A stretch of DNA of 63,237 nt, the filler included, from Octopus bimaculoides (lineage: Eukaryota): assembly GCF_001194135.2 (NCBI RefSeq). It is 5 parts of 5 records of this genome, joined end to end, with 100 filler letters (N's around TTAATTAATTAA, not from the genome) between each part and the next. Parts side by side here need not be neighbours in the genome. Positions count along the whole stretch, not along the records: positions 51,757 to 56,728 come from NC_068987.1; positions 56,829 to 63,237 come from NC_068985.1; 3 more parts are not named here. One strand, given 5' to 3'. The notes under the pieces are model-generated. The model made no database searches, was not told where the DNA came from, and saw nothing but the letters and a program-made list of their open reading frames with translations. The translations under genes and the position numbers were made by a program. The number at the start of each line of letters is the position of its first letter. The stretch's first letter is position 1. This document shows, in pieces, positions 52,417-63,237 of the stretch.

Positions 52417-53514
52417 ATCAGTGTTGGTGCCTGGAGATTTAAAGATATTTTTCAAAGTTAAGTAAATTAAATATGGAGAAGTTTGAAACATTTAAGATGA
52501 TATCTTGGTTATGGGAAATATGTTCTAAAGTAAGCATAGCTAGAAGCAGGTGTGGCTACGTGGTTGAGAAGTTTGCTGCAAATACCATAGTATGTGTATG
52601 TGTATGTATGTGTGTGTTTGTGTGTGTATATGTTTGTCTGTGTGCATGTATGTATGTGTGTGTGTGCATGCATGCATATGTGTGTGTTTGTGTGCATGAG
52701 CATGAGTGCTTATGTGTGCATATGTTTGTCTATGTGCATATGTGTGCATGCATGTGTGTGCATGCAAGTGTGTGTGTTTATCTGTGTATGTGTTTGTCCA
52801 TGTGTGTATGTATGTTTGTCTGCATATGTATTTGTGTGCATGTGTGTGTGTGTTTGTATTTGTCTATGTATGTGTTTGTTCATATGCATGTGTGTGCGCG
52901 CACGCATGTTAGTGTCTACTTGTTTTGACATCACATGATAGTTGTAAACAAGCATTACTGTTATTGAAATACACCTAATAGAAGATGCTTCTTCTCCATT
53001 CATTAAAGTGAATGGATCTTTGGCCAAGAGAAATTGGTACCATCAGCAGGTGTCCAGTGTTTATTGGGTGTTTCGACCCTGAACCATAACACTCTCTTGT
53101 TATTGGGTCAGCAGAGGTGGCCAAATCACTACTTGAAAGAACAATTCTGTAGTTATTGCAAAATAGTTGGTGAAATAGACTTTGTGAATACGCTGTCATG
53201 ACAGGAGAAAATACTACTTTGGATTCATAACTGCAAAACTGTAACTGCTGTCTGCTTGGCTGAGTAAGGAGTCATTAGAATAACTGTTAAATATAGCAAA
53301 GTGAGAATATAGTTTGCTTGGTGGCGACTGTCTACAATCTAAAATTTGGCACCCAAAGCATGCCTGTTCATAAGCCTTATTAAGAGATGTTCTAGTAGAT
53401 TCTACAAAATTGTATCATGCTGATTGGTCAGTTAATCAGCTGATCACATGAAATGGTTGTTACAAGCTGGGGTTTTTACTTGGCAGTTTGTTTATTGTTT
53501 TGAATCTGCTACAA

Positions 53515-53890
53515 GCCTTTTTTGTTCTAGGGTGTGAGTGAATGTTGCAAGCACCTTGTCACAGTGCCACTTGTATCTCTGTTGAGTATTTAGCACCTTG
53601 ACAAAATGTGTTCCAGGATGCACCTTCCTCCACAAAGTTTATACAGCTGGTTCCCCTTCAAACCCAAGATGTGCAGGTTTGTTGGCAGTGTGTCATACAG
53701 CTGGAAGGAAATACGGAAAAAATCCAGTCCCCACAGATCTGTCCATGTGACCTTCCTCTTGGGAAGGTCACATTTAGTCCAGGCTCCCTGAGATACCAGT
53801 TCCACAGCTCTTGATCTTCTGTCTTCCTCCTGGTTCCATACTTCTACCTAGATCATGGCCCTCCTTTCCTTGAAACCTGCCTTCTTCCAT
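53515..53890 (-). mobile_element. HERO-like RLE non-LTR retrotransposon fragment
   Basis: RSRAVELVSQGAWTKCDLPKRKVTWTDLW..RISFQLYDTLPTNLH..KLCGGRCILEHILSRC/TQQRYKWHCDKVL (zinc knuckle plus degenerate RYxWRHD); contains a stop and frameshifts. Confidence 0.8.
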
Positions 53891-54256
53891 TTTTAGAAAT
53901 GAGAAGAACAGAGACCCTACCATACTATACTTGTAATTCTAAAAATGCCATATAGCTTCAGCATGCTTTCAGCCCATGCAACTGATGCCAGCGACCCACT
54001 TTCACCTGGGCAGAAATATTACCTTGTTTGGAAACAGGTGAGGGTCAGCGACAGAAAGGACATTTGGCTGAAGAAAATCTTCCTCATTGAATTCTGTCCA
54101 GTCCATATGAGCATGGAAAAGTGGATATCAAAAATATTAGGATGATGATGTTAATGATGATGATAATGATAATAAAGTCGACAATGACAATGACAAAATG
54201 ATAATGACGATATTTTAAAGTACATTTCAGAGACTTAGAGAAAATGCATACAGACA

Positions 54257-54650
54257 CAGGACTGGCTGTGTGGTAAGTAGCTTGCTTACCAACCACTTGG
54301 TTCCAGGTTCAGTCCCGCTGCATGGCACCTTGGGCAAGTGTCTTCTACTATAGCCTTGGGCTGACCAAAGCCTTGTGAGTGGATTTAGTAGATGGAAACT
54401 GAAAGAATCCCGTTGTATATATATATATATGTATGTATATGTTTGTGTGTCTGTGTTTGTTCCCCCACCATCGTTTGATAACTGATACTTTGTTTATGTC
54501 CCTGTAACTTAGCGGTTCAGCAAAAAGAAACCAATAGAATAAGTACTAGGCTTACAAAGAATAAGTCCTGGGGTCGATTTGTTCGACTAAAGATGGTGCT
54601 CTAGCATGGCCGCAGTCAAAATGACTGAAACAGATAAAAAAAATAAAAGA
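54257..54650 (+). mobile_element. SINE-B, full length
   Basis: Complete head, body and tail. Confidence 0.9.
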
Positions 54651-54718
54651 AAAAAGAATACCTGACTGGACTGACATGATGTGATTTCAAAATTGAAAAG
54701 GCAGACATTGACTCTTAC

Positions 54719-54760
54719 ATAACTCTTCGATATGTGTGTGGATCTTGTTGCTAAATCATT
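54719..54760 (-). CDS. Candidate 42-nt phase-0 exon NDLATRSTHISKSY
   Basis: Acceptor ttattttacttttaaag, donor TAT|gtaaga, single open frame. Confidence 0.35.
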
Positions 54761-55494
54761 CTTTAAAAGTAAAATAACCAGTGACCATTGTGGTATATAA
54801 ATGTAAATGATGCTATCAAATAAATTCAAGCTTAGTTCAGTGGTTGAGCCATTTTTGCTTGCATTTCCCAGGTTGTAAAATGTTGAATCTAGTTTCAGCC
54901 ATACTAATAAAGTTTTAATGAAACAGAGAAATCATTCCTACCACCACCACCACCACCACCACCACCACCACCACCACCACCACCACCACTGCTACTGCTT
55001 TTGCTACTTCTACCACTGCTACCACCAGTTCACTGCCATTGCCACCACTGCCACCGCCATTGCCACCACCAGCACCACCATCACCACTGTCACTGCTGCT
55101 ACCACCTCCAACACTGCCACCACTACCACCACCGCTGTCGCTGACTCACATTTATAGCTCATGTGCAAACATCCACATCTTCAAGACAATACATAACAAT
55201 ACAAAAAAAAAGCACATATTGCCTTGAGTATGTATTGATGTTTTGGTAAGTATGGTGGAAAACAGCAATCCATTGTTTAGAGCCTGTTCAGAACTCTGGG
55301 TGAATGGTGTATATTTCTTAATGTCTTTCACACACACACACACTCAAAGAAACCCACACATATGCAAGCATTCATTCTTGCACATTGCACATTGTTGTGT
55401 ATATGTGTACACATAAACATACATGCACAGATGTGTGTGTGTGTACGTATATAAATATCAGTATATAAATATTTGTATATATGTATATATATAA

Positions 55495-55531
<37 letters not shown>

Positions 55532-55663
55532 AGTATATGCATATGTATATATGTATATGTAATATATATATTCATATATATACATATATATGTATTTATG
55601 TGCATATGTGTATGAGTGTGTGTGTGTGNNNNNNNNNNNNNNNNNNNNNNNNNNNNNNNNNNN

Positions 55664-55705
<42 letters not shown>

Positions 55706-56728
55706 GTGTAATATTCTATTGGAGCTGAAAAGAATTTTACAATCTGAAAACAATTCACAATGCAATGGTCTAAACCATTGCATTGTTCTAAGTACTTATA
55801 CTCACAACTGTCTGATGATCAGTTACATGAAACCCAGAGTAATAGTTTGTAAAGTCTTTTCAGCTCACACTACCTTTGGTATTTGAGTACTATCTCTTTT
55901 CCACCACATTTTGCACCTATGTGCTCATATGTGCGTGTGTGTGTGTGTGTCTCTCTCTCTCTCTCTCTNNNNNNNNNNTATATATATATATATTTATTTA
56001 TAAATATATATATATATATATATATTTATTTATAAATATATATATATCATTTCAGTTGACATCTGCCTTCCATGCTGGCATGGGTTGGACCTATATATGT
56101 GTATATATGTATGTATGATTTTCTTGAGTCTTATTTAAGTTCTTGAGAGAATAGAAGCACACGCTTGTGCATCTATTCACCTAAAGAACTCCCAATGGAG
56201 AGTCTTTGGAATTTCTTTCAAATTTTCAGTGTGCAACTATTAGATTGGATTTGGAGAACCTGTGTCAATTTCTTTTGTGCTTTCTCTGAAAAACCTAGTA
56301 TTTCTAGGTTTTTGTGTAAATCTGTAGGTACATAACCTAACGCACCTATAACAATAGGTATGTATGTATGTATATATGTATGTATGTGTGTGTATGTATA
56401 TAAGTGTGTGTGTGTGTGTGTGTGTGTGTTTGTGTGTGTGAGTGTGTGTGTGTGCTTGTAAATAGATTTGTGTTTACTAGATCAGCTATATATAGAAATC
56501 GGTGTATATAATCAATACAAAACAATAGTCTTCAACCCTCTAATAATTCACCTCTCTCTCTCTCTCCTCCTTGTTCTCTTGCCTTTCTGTTTTTCTTTTC
56601 CTCCTTTTCTCTCAATGTTTACTCCCTCTCCCCCACAGACATACACACACATACATAATAGATACACATATATGTGTTATATATACATACATACACACAC
56701 ACACATATACATATACATATACATACAT

Positions 56729-56828
56729 NNNNNNNNNNNNNNNNNNNNNNNNNNNNNNNNNNNNNNNNNNNNTTAATTAATTAANNNNNNNNNNNNNNNN
56801 NNNNNNNNNNNNNNNNNNNNNNNNNNNN
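56729..56828. other. Artificial 100-bp scaffold linker
   Basis: N44-TTAATTAATTAA-N44. Confidence 0.95.
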
Positions 56829-56917
56829 ATATACATATGTATATATATATATATACATATGTATATATATATGTACACACACATATCTTTATACACGCAC
56901 ACACACATATACATACA

Positions 56918-57165
56918 TGGCCCACGAGCCATACGTCCCCAGCCCAATTCAGAATCACAACATATAGATACACTGCGGCATAATTTCTTTTCCTCAACAG
57001 GCCCTGCCCTGTTTAACATTGTCCCAAAACAGACAAATGAGGAAAAGGATCCTATAAGCTTTAAACGGAGCCTAGACAGATTTCTTCAAGGAATACCAGA
57101 TAAGTCACTCAACAAGAACTCACTACTTCAATGGACCATAGACAAAACTGTAAAAAGGATTTAGA
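56918..57165 (+). mobile_element. CR1/L2-group LINE ORF2 C-terminal fragment
   Basis: TLRHNFFSSTGPALFNIVPKQ..FKRSLDRFLQGIPD..NSLL (pattern GP.LFN.LP...FK..LD.FL..IPD). Confidence 0.75.
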
Positions 57166-57559
57166 TAATCCTATCAGGTGGTGCTATTAAGTTAGACATA
57201 GCCTGGACCAATCTTTGATCGAAACATATCTATGTTTTTATCTAAAGCCGGAGAAATACCGCTAAGCAGTTTGGCCGGCGTGGTTAGAAATTTTACCAGC
57301 TCGCCGCCTTGACATAGCTTCTAATTTTGGCATTAACACATGCTATGTCGATAACAGTAATGGCGACAATGAAGATGACAACAACGATGTTGATGGTGAC
57401 AACATCAACGAAATCTTAAGACCATTATCAGAAAGTAAGACTCAATTAGCACCAACCATTTTTAGTATCACCGTCATATCTGCCATTACGGTTGCAGCTG
57501 TGACATCAACAACTTAACAGCAAATTCTAAAATCCTCATCAGCAAATTCTAAAATCTGG

Positions 57560-60190
57560 AACGCTGTTAGTAACAACAGCACTCCCAGAAACACCGACGC
57601 CATCACAAGCAGCACCACTACTCGTAACACCGCCACTGTTGCAAACACCATCACAAGGAATACCACCACCGTAAAACAATAAAAGCGATCAACACCACCA
57701 CCAGCAGCATCACAAGCATCATTACCGCCACCACCACAAATATTACCAATAAGACCACAAATACCATGACCACNNNNNNNNNNNNNNNNNNNNNNNNNNN
57801 NNNNNNNNNNNNNNNNNNNNNNNNNNNNNNNNNNNNNNNNNNNNNNNNNNNNNNNNNNNNNNNNNNNNNNNNNNNNNNNNNNNNNNNNNNNNNNNNNNNN
57901 NNNNNNNNNNNNNNNNNNNNNNNNNNNNNNNNNNNNNNNNNNNNNNNNNNNNNNNNNNNNNNNNNNNNNNNNNNNNNNNNNNNNNNNNNNNNNNNNNNNN
58001 NNNNNNNNNNNNNNNNNNNNNNNNNNNNNNNNNNNNNNNNNNNNNNNNNNNNNNNNNNNNNNNNNNNNNNNNNNNNNNNNNNNNNNNNNNNNNNNNNNNN
58101 NNNNNNNNNNNNNNNNNNNNNNNNNNNNNNNNNNNNNNNNNNNNNNNNNNNNNNNNNNNNNNNNNNNNNNNNNNNNNNNNNNNNNNNNNNNNNNNNNNNN
58201 NNNNNNNNNNNNNNNNNNNNNNNNNNNNNNNNNNNNNNNNNNNNNNNNNNNNNNNNNNNNNNNNNNNNNNNNNNNNNATCACTACAAGCACCACTACCAC
58301 CACGAACACTACTACCACTGCCACCACCATCACTACAAACACCACCACCACGATACCACTACCACCAACACCACCACAAACACCACCACCACTACGACAC
58401 CACTAACACCACCACCATCACTACAAGCACCACTACCACCACGAACACTACTACCACTGCCACCACCATCACTACAAACACCACTACCATCATCATCATC
58501 ATCACTACTAACATCAGCAGCAGCAGCACCACCACCTCCACCACCATCATTATCATCATCATCATCATCATCATCACCACAAATATCTTCACCACTATCA
58601 CAACCACCATTTTACATATTACTTACTCCGATGCAAGCTACACGTGTACTATCATGGCAACTGCCACCATTCCAACCGTCATCTCACCACACACATTTGC
58701 CAACACCACAATTTCTAACACTCGACTGCCACGACCACAACATTGGCAACCACAACTACCACTACACCTACACTCTCCGCCGCTACTACAACCATCGCAG
58801 CTTCAACCACAACCACCGCTACCACCACCAATGCACTCAACACCACTACACCAACCGTACCTGCACAACCGCTGCCAACGCCACAACCATCATCATCATC
58901 ATCATCATTACTATTCGTACCACTCTTACTGCAACTACTACTATCACAACCATTTATCATTAGTAACACCACCACCACCATCACCACCATCACCACCAAT
59001 ACCTTCATCACCAACCCCAGTCCCATCACGTCCTTCAATACCATCTGCACCACTATTATCGCGAACACCTCCACCACCACTACCACCACCACTACCACCA
59101 CCACCACCACCGCCACCACCGCTACTACCACCACCACTACCACTACCACTACCACCACCANNNNNNNNNNNNNNNNNNNNNNNNNNNNNNNNNNNNNNNN
59201 NNNNNNNNNNNNNNNNNNNNNNNNNNNNNNNNNNNNNNNNNNNNNNNNNNNNNNNNNNNNNNNNNNNNNNNNNNNNNNNNNNNNNNNNNNNNNNNNNNNN
59301 NNNNNNNNNNNNNNNNNNNNNNNNNNNNNNNNNNNNNNNNNNNNNNNNNNNNNNNNNNNNNNNNNNNNNNNNNNNNNNNNNNNNNNNNNNNNNNNNNNNN
59401 NNNNNNNNNNNNNNNNNNNNNNNNNNNNNNNNNNNNNNNNNNNNNNNNNNNNNNNNNNNNNNNNNNNNNNNNNNNNNNNNNNNNNNNNNNNNNNNNNNNN
59501 NNNNNNNNNNNNNNNNNNNNNNNNNNNNNNNNNNNNNNNNNNNNNNNNNNNNNNNNNNNNNNNNNNNNNNNNNNNNNNNNNNNNNNNNNNNNNNNNNNNN
59601 NNNNNNNNNNNNNNNNNNNNNNNNNNNNNNNNNNNNNNNNNNNNNNNNNNNNNNNNNNNNNNNNNNNNNNNNNNNNNNNNNNNNNNNNNNNNNNNNNNNN
59701 NNNNNNNNNNNNNNNNNNNNNNNNNNNNNNNNNNNNNNNNNNNNNNNNNNNNNNNNNNNNNNNNNNNNNNNNNNNNNNNNNNNNNNNNNNNNNNNNNNNN
59801 NNNNNNNNNNNNNNNNNNNNNNNNNNNNNNNNNNNNNNNNNNNNNNNNNNNNNNNNNNNNNNNNNNNNNNNNNNNNNNNNNNNNNNNNNNNNNNNNNNNN
59901 NNNNNNNNNNNNNNNNNNNNNNNNNNNNNNNNNNNNNNNNNNNNNNNNNNNNNNNNNNNNNNNNNNNNNNNNNNNNNNNNNNNNNNNNNNNNNNNNNNNN
60001 NNNNNNNNNNNNNNNNNNNNNNNNNNNNNNNNNNNNNNNNNNNNNNNNNNNNNNNNNNNNNNNNNNNNNNNNNNNNNNNNNNNNNNNNNNNNNNNNNNNN
60101 NNNNNNNNNNNNNNNNNNNNTCCCCCTGCTATCACGTTACCTCGTCACAACGACCTCTGCCATCATTATCATCACCACCACCATCACCAT
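57560..60190. repeat. Cryptically simple ACC/ATC/ACT tract with a 139-bp internal duplication
   Basis: Identical units start at 58278 and 58417; similar tracts at 25480-26850, 38560-39110 and 54940-55140. Confidence 0.85.
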
Positions 60191-60205
60191 TTCTACTACT
60201 ACTAT

Positions 60206-60252
<47 letters not shown>

Positions 60253-60643
60253 ATAATAATAATAATAATAATAATAATAGTAGTAGTAGTAGTAGTAGTA
60301 GTAGTGCAGTATATGCGTGCGTATATATATGTGCGTAAGGGTATGTGTATATGTGTGTATATGTGTATATCCGTGTGTGTGTGTGTATGATAGTCTCCTT
60401 TTTTGTCACAGTTGCCATTTATTTTGTTTCTTCTCTTTCCCTTTCTCCCTCTAATTTCCATCTTACCCACCCAATAATATACACTCACATATGTACATAC
60501 ACACATACACATATATACACATACATATACGCACACACACACACACACACACACATACCCACACATGGATTTTTGCACTCGGTCGTTTAATATACTGCAC
60601 CTCAACACCACTCCCACTCCCCCGACACTGGAGCTTTCAAACT

Positions 60644-60671
60644 GTGTGACGTCACACTAAAAATGACCAAT
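60644..60671. promoter_or_regulatory. CRE palindrome plus CCAAT box in a CpG-rich patch
   Basis: gtgTGACGTCAcac (perfect 14-bp palindrome) at 60644-60657; CCAAT at 60667. Confidence 0.3.
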
Positions 60672-61008
60672 CAACGACGTTCTCTTTACGAATGCTGCTC
60701 GAAAATATTTACTGCTGCGAGTGAAGAAAAACTTTCGACTAAAATATTTAAAAAAGGAAGAAAAGAAGGAAGGAAGAGATGGATAGGTAGTAAGAAAGAA
60801 AGAAAGAAAGAAAGAAATAAAGAATATAATAAGCTAATTTATGTTGTCACAAGATCAATTTGTGTTGTCCTTGAACTGACCACAAGGTATTACTGGTATT
60901 TATCGTATTACAAATGAGTCAGAGAATAAAAAAAAAACAAGCAGGGACCTGATTTTAGATCTCAAAATGACGGAATTTAAGGAAGCGTTCAATATTTAGG
61001 CCGCTGAG

Positions 61009-61655
61009 AGGCAGCGAGCTGGCAGAAACGTTAATACGCCGGGCGAAATGCTTAGCGGTATTTCGTCTGTTTTCATGTTCTGAGTTCAAATTCCACCGAG
61101 GTCAACATTGCCTTTCATCCTTTCGGGGTCGATTAAATAAGTACCAGTTACGCACTGGGGTCAATGTAATCGACTTAATCTCTTTGTCTGTCCTTGTTTG
61201 CCTCCTCTATGTTTAGCCCCTTGTGGGCAATAAAGAAATAAGAAACGTTAGCACACCGGGCGAAATGCTTGGCGGTATTTCGTCTCTCTTTACGTTCTGA
61301 ATTCAAGTTCCGACGAGGTCGATATTGCCTTTCATCCTTTCGGGGTCGATAAATTAAGTACCAGTTACGCACTGGGGTCGATGTAATCGACTTAACTCCT
61401 TTGTCCTTGTTTGCCCCCTCTGTGTTTAGCCCCTTGTGGGCAATAAAGAAATAAGAAGCATTAGCACGCTGGGCAATATATTTAGCGGTATTTCGTTCTT
61501 CTTTGCGTTCTGAGTTCAAATGCCACCGTTGTCGACATTGCCTTTCCTCCCCTCGAGGTCGATAAAATAAGTGACAGTTAAACAGAGGTCCATGTAATCG
61601 ACTTACCTCCACCCATCAAAATTGTTGGCCTGTTTCAAAATTTGAAATCAATATT
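61009..61655 (+). mobile_element. Triple nested SINE-A: two Tx1-tailed copies stacked in an older copy
   Basis: Single head at 61009; junctions aaagaaata|agaaacgttagcac (61241) and aaagaaata|agaagcattagcac (61454); the last unit has the older tail. Confidence 0.85.
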
Positions 61656-61744
61656 CAGACCGTTGCTCTGTTTATTTTTTTCGTTAAATCTGCCCTTGGA
61701 ATATCTAGAAAGTCCAAACCATCATAAATATATATGATGAAGAA

Positions 61745-62165
61745 ACTGAGGCCATGCTGGAGAACAGCCTTGAAGGGTTTAATCGAATAAATCGACACCA
61801 GAACCTCTTTTTTTAAAGTGTCTGGTACATATCCTATCGGTCTCCATGCAGAACTTCTAGGTTACGAGAACGCAAACACACCAACACCGGTTGTCGAGCA
61901 GTGGTGGGGAAGAAACATTCACATGGAAACACATACACACACGCACATTCATTAACTCATGCGCGCACGCACACACACACATACATACATATAATATGTA
62001 TTTACGATGGGCTTCTTTCAGTTTCCGTCTACCAGATCCACTCGCATGGCTTTGGTCAGCCTGAAGCTATACAAGAAGACATCCAAGGTGCCACGCTGTG
62101 GGACTGAACCCGAAACCATGCAGTTAGGAAGCAAAATTCTTGCCACAGAACCATGCCTGCGCCTT
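61745..62165 (-). mobile_element. SINE-B
   Basis: Reverse complement of the standard element. Confidence 0.8.
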
Positions 62166-62295
62166 AGTAAATTCAAAATCTTTGAATCTAGAACTTAAAA
62201 GGACAATATGTAATGCTGTTCATCATTTAATCTGGTGTTGAAATAATTTCTCCTAAATCGATCCTTAAGATACCGCTTTTTGTATTTAGTTTGCA

Positions 62296-62671
62296 AGGGA
62301 GAGTCCTTATGCCAACATTATTACCACATGCATTAGTCCAATTCCACTACTTTAGTATTAGTCGATTGGTTAAATATTCAACTAATTAGTCGATTGTTTG
62401 TTTAACATGCACGCACACGCACGCAACAGGGTCTCAGAGAGACAAAACACGGCCTCCGTATCGGACCAATAGAAAAGTCATTGAAAAGGTTGCAAATAGA
62501 AACGAAAGAGCTTTGACAAGAAAAGAAAAAGCAGATAAACAAAACAAGCGACTTACTGTTTAACCAAGTTAAACAAACAATCGATTAGTTAGATATTTAA
62601 CCAATTGACTAATAATAAAGGAGTGGAATTGAACCAGCGCGTGTGTTAATGTTGGCCTAATGACTCTCCCT
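62296..62671. mobile_element. Foldback/MITE-like element with ~105-bp imperfect inverted arms
   Basis: 62296-62406 is inverted to 62568-62671. Confidence 0.75.
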
Positions 62672-63022
62672 AGACACAACAAAAAATCCTTATGATATTA
62701 AAAAAATTATTTGAAACATGGCCGCCTGTCACTCAGCCTTCATAAAATATATCACAGTGCGTAAGAAAAAAACCATGCAGATGTTATCAAAGTCAGAATC
62801 TACTAATTATAACTGCGATTATTTGCTTCACACACCCACGTTTATTTTTCCTTCTATTTCAAGATTCATCTCGAGTTTCATCTATGTAAAATAATTTCTC
62901 CAAAATACCTCCTCATACGAAGTGATGAAGGTATTTAAGTACAGAGCTCCATTTTTTTTTTAAATATATATTTCCTTATACGTATATTATAAAATGCTCA
63001 CTCCCTCTCTCTCTCTCTCTCA

Positions 63023-63053
<31 letters not shown>

Positions 63054-63199
63054 TTTATATGTGAGTGTATGAGCATAAGTGTGTATGTATGTTTGTGAAT
63101 ACACGTATGAATGGATATATGTATGCATGTATATATTTAGCACATGTATCTATATCTATCTATATGTGTGTGTGCATGTACGTAAGTACGCACGTGTGC

Positions 63200-63237
<38 letters not shown>

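Noticed and set aside
55757-56313. Short perfect hairpins (13 bp at 55757-55786; 10 bp at 56289-56313)
   Set aside because: Short, AT-rich and plausible by chance; not terminators in a eukaryotic context
57766-60338. Thr/Pro-rich mucin-like ORFs
   Set aside because: The ACC-type simple sequence is open in several frames on both strands, shifts frame, and resembles other non-coding tracts; there are no splice or domain anchors

Overview
This is AT-rich, microsatellite-saturated animal DNA from a gapped draft assembly (about 7 kb of N). The SINE families look like those of octopus (coleoid cephalopod); that is an inference from recalled repeat sequences, not a database result. No complete gene is present, and almost all long ORFs in the track are microsatellite or N read-through. 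The window holds dozens of tRNA-derived SINEs with interchangeable tails and decayed retroelement fragments (Tx1/L1, Dong/R4, HERO, RTE, two CR1/L2-type). It also holds an intron-containing Chapaev3-like transposase, mariner/hAT/piggyBac/Helitron ends, minisatellites and long hairpins. The best leads are: (1) a SINE subfamily that shares its 3' tail with a Tx1 LINE and inserts repeatedly at an AGAARC(N)TTA motif inside its own family; (2) two minimal hammerhead-ribozyme-like motifs; (3) a pre-miRNA-like hairpin; (4) three phase-compatible minus-strand micro-exons inside a CpG-depleted block. Four N44-TTAATTAATTAA-N44 linkers are artificial, so adjacency across them is unproven. SINE-A/B/C are working labels used only here, and repeat boundaries are approximate.
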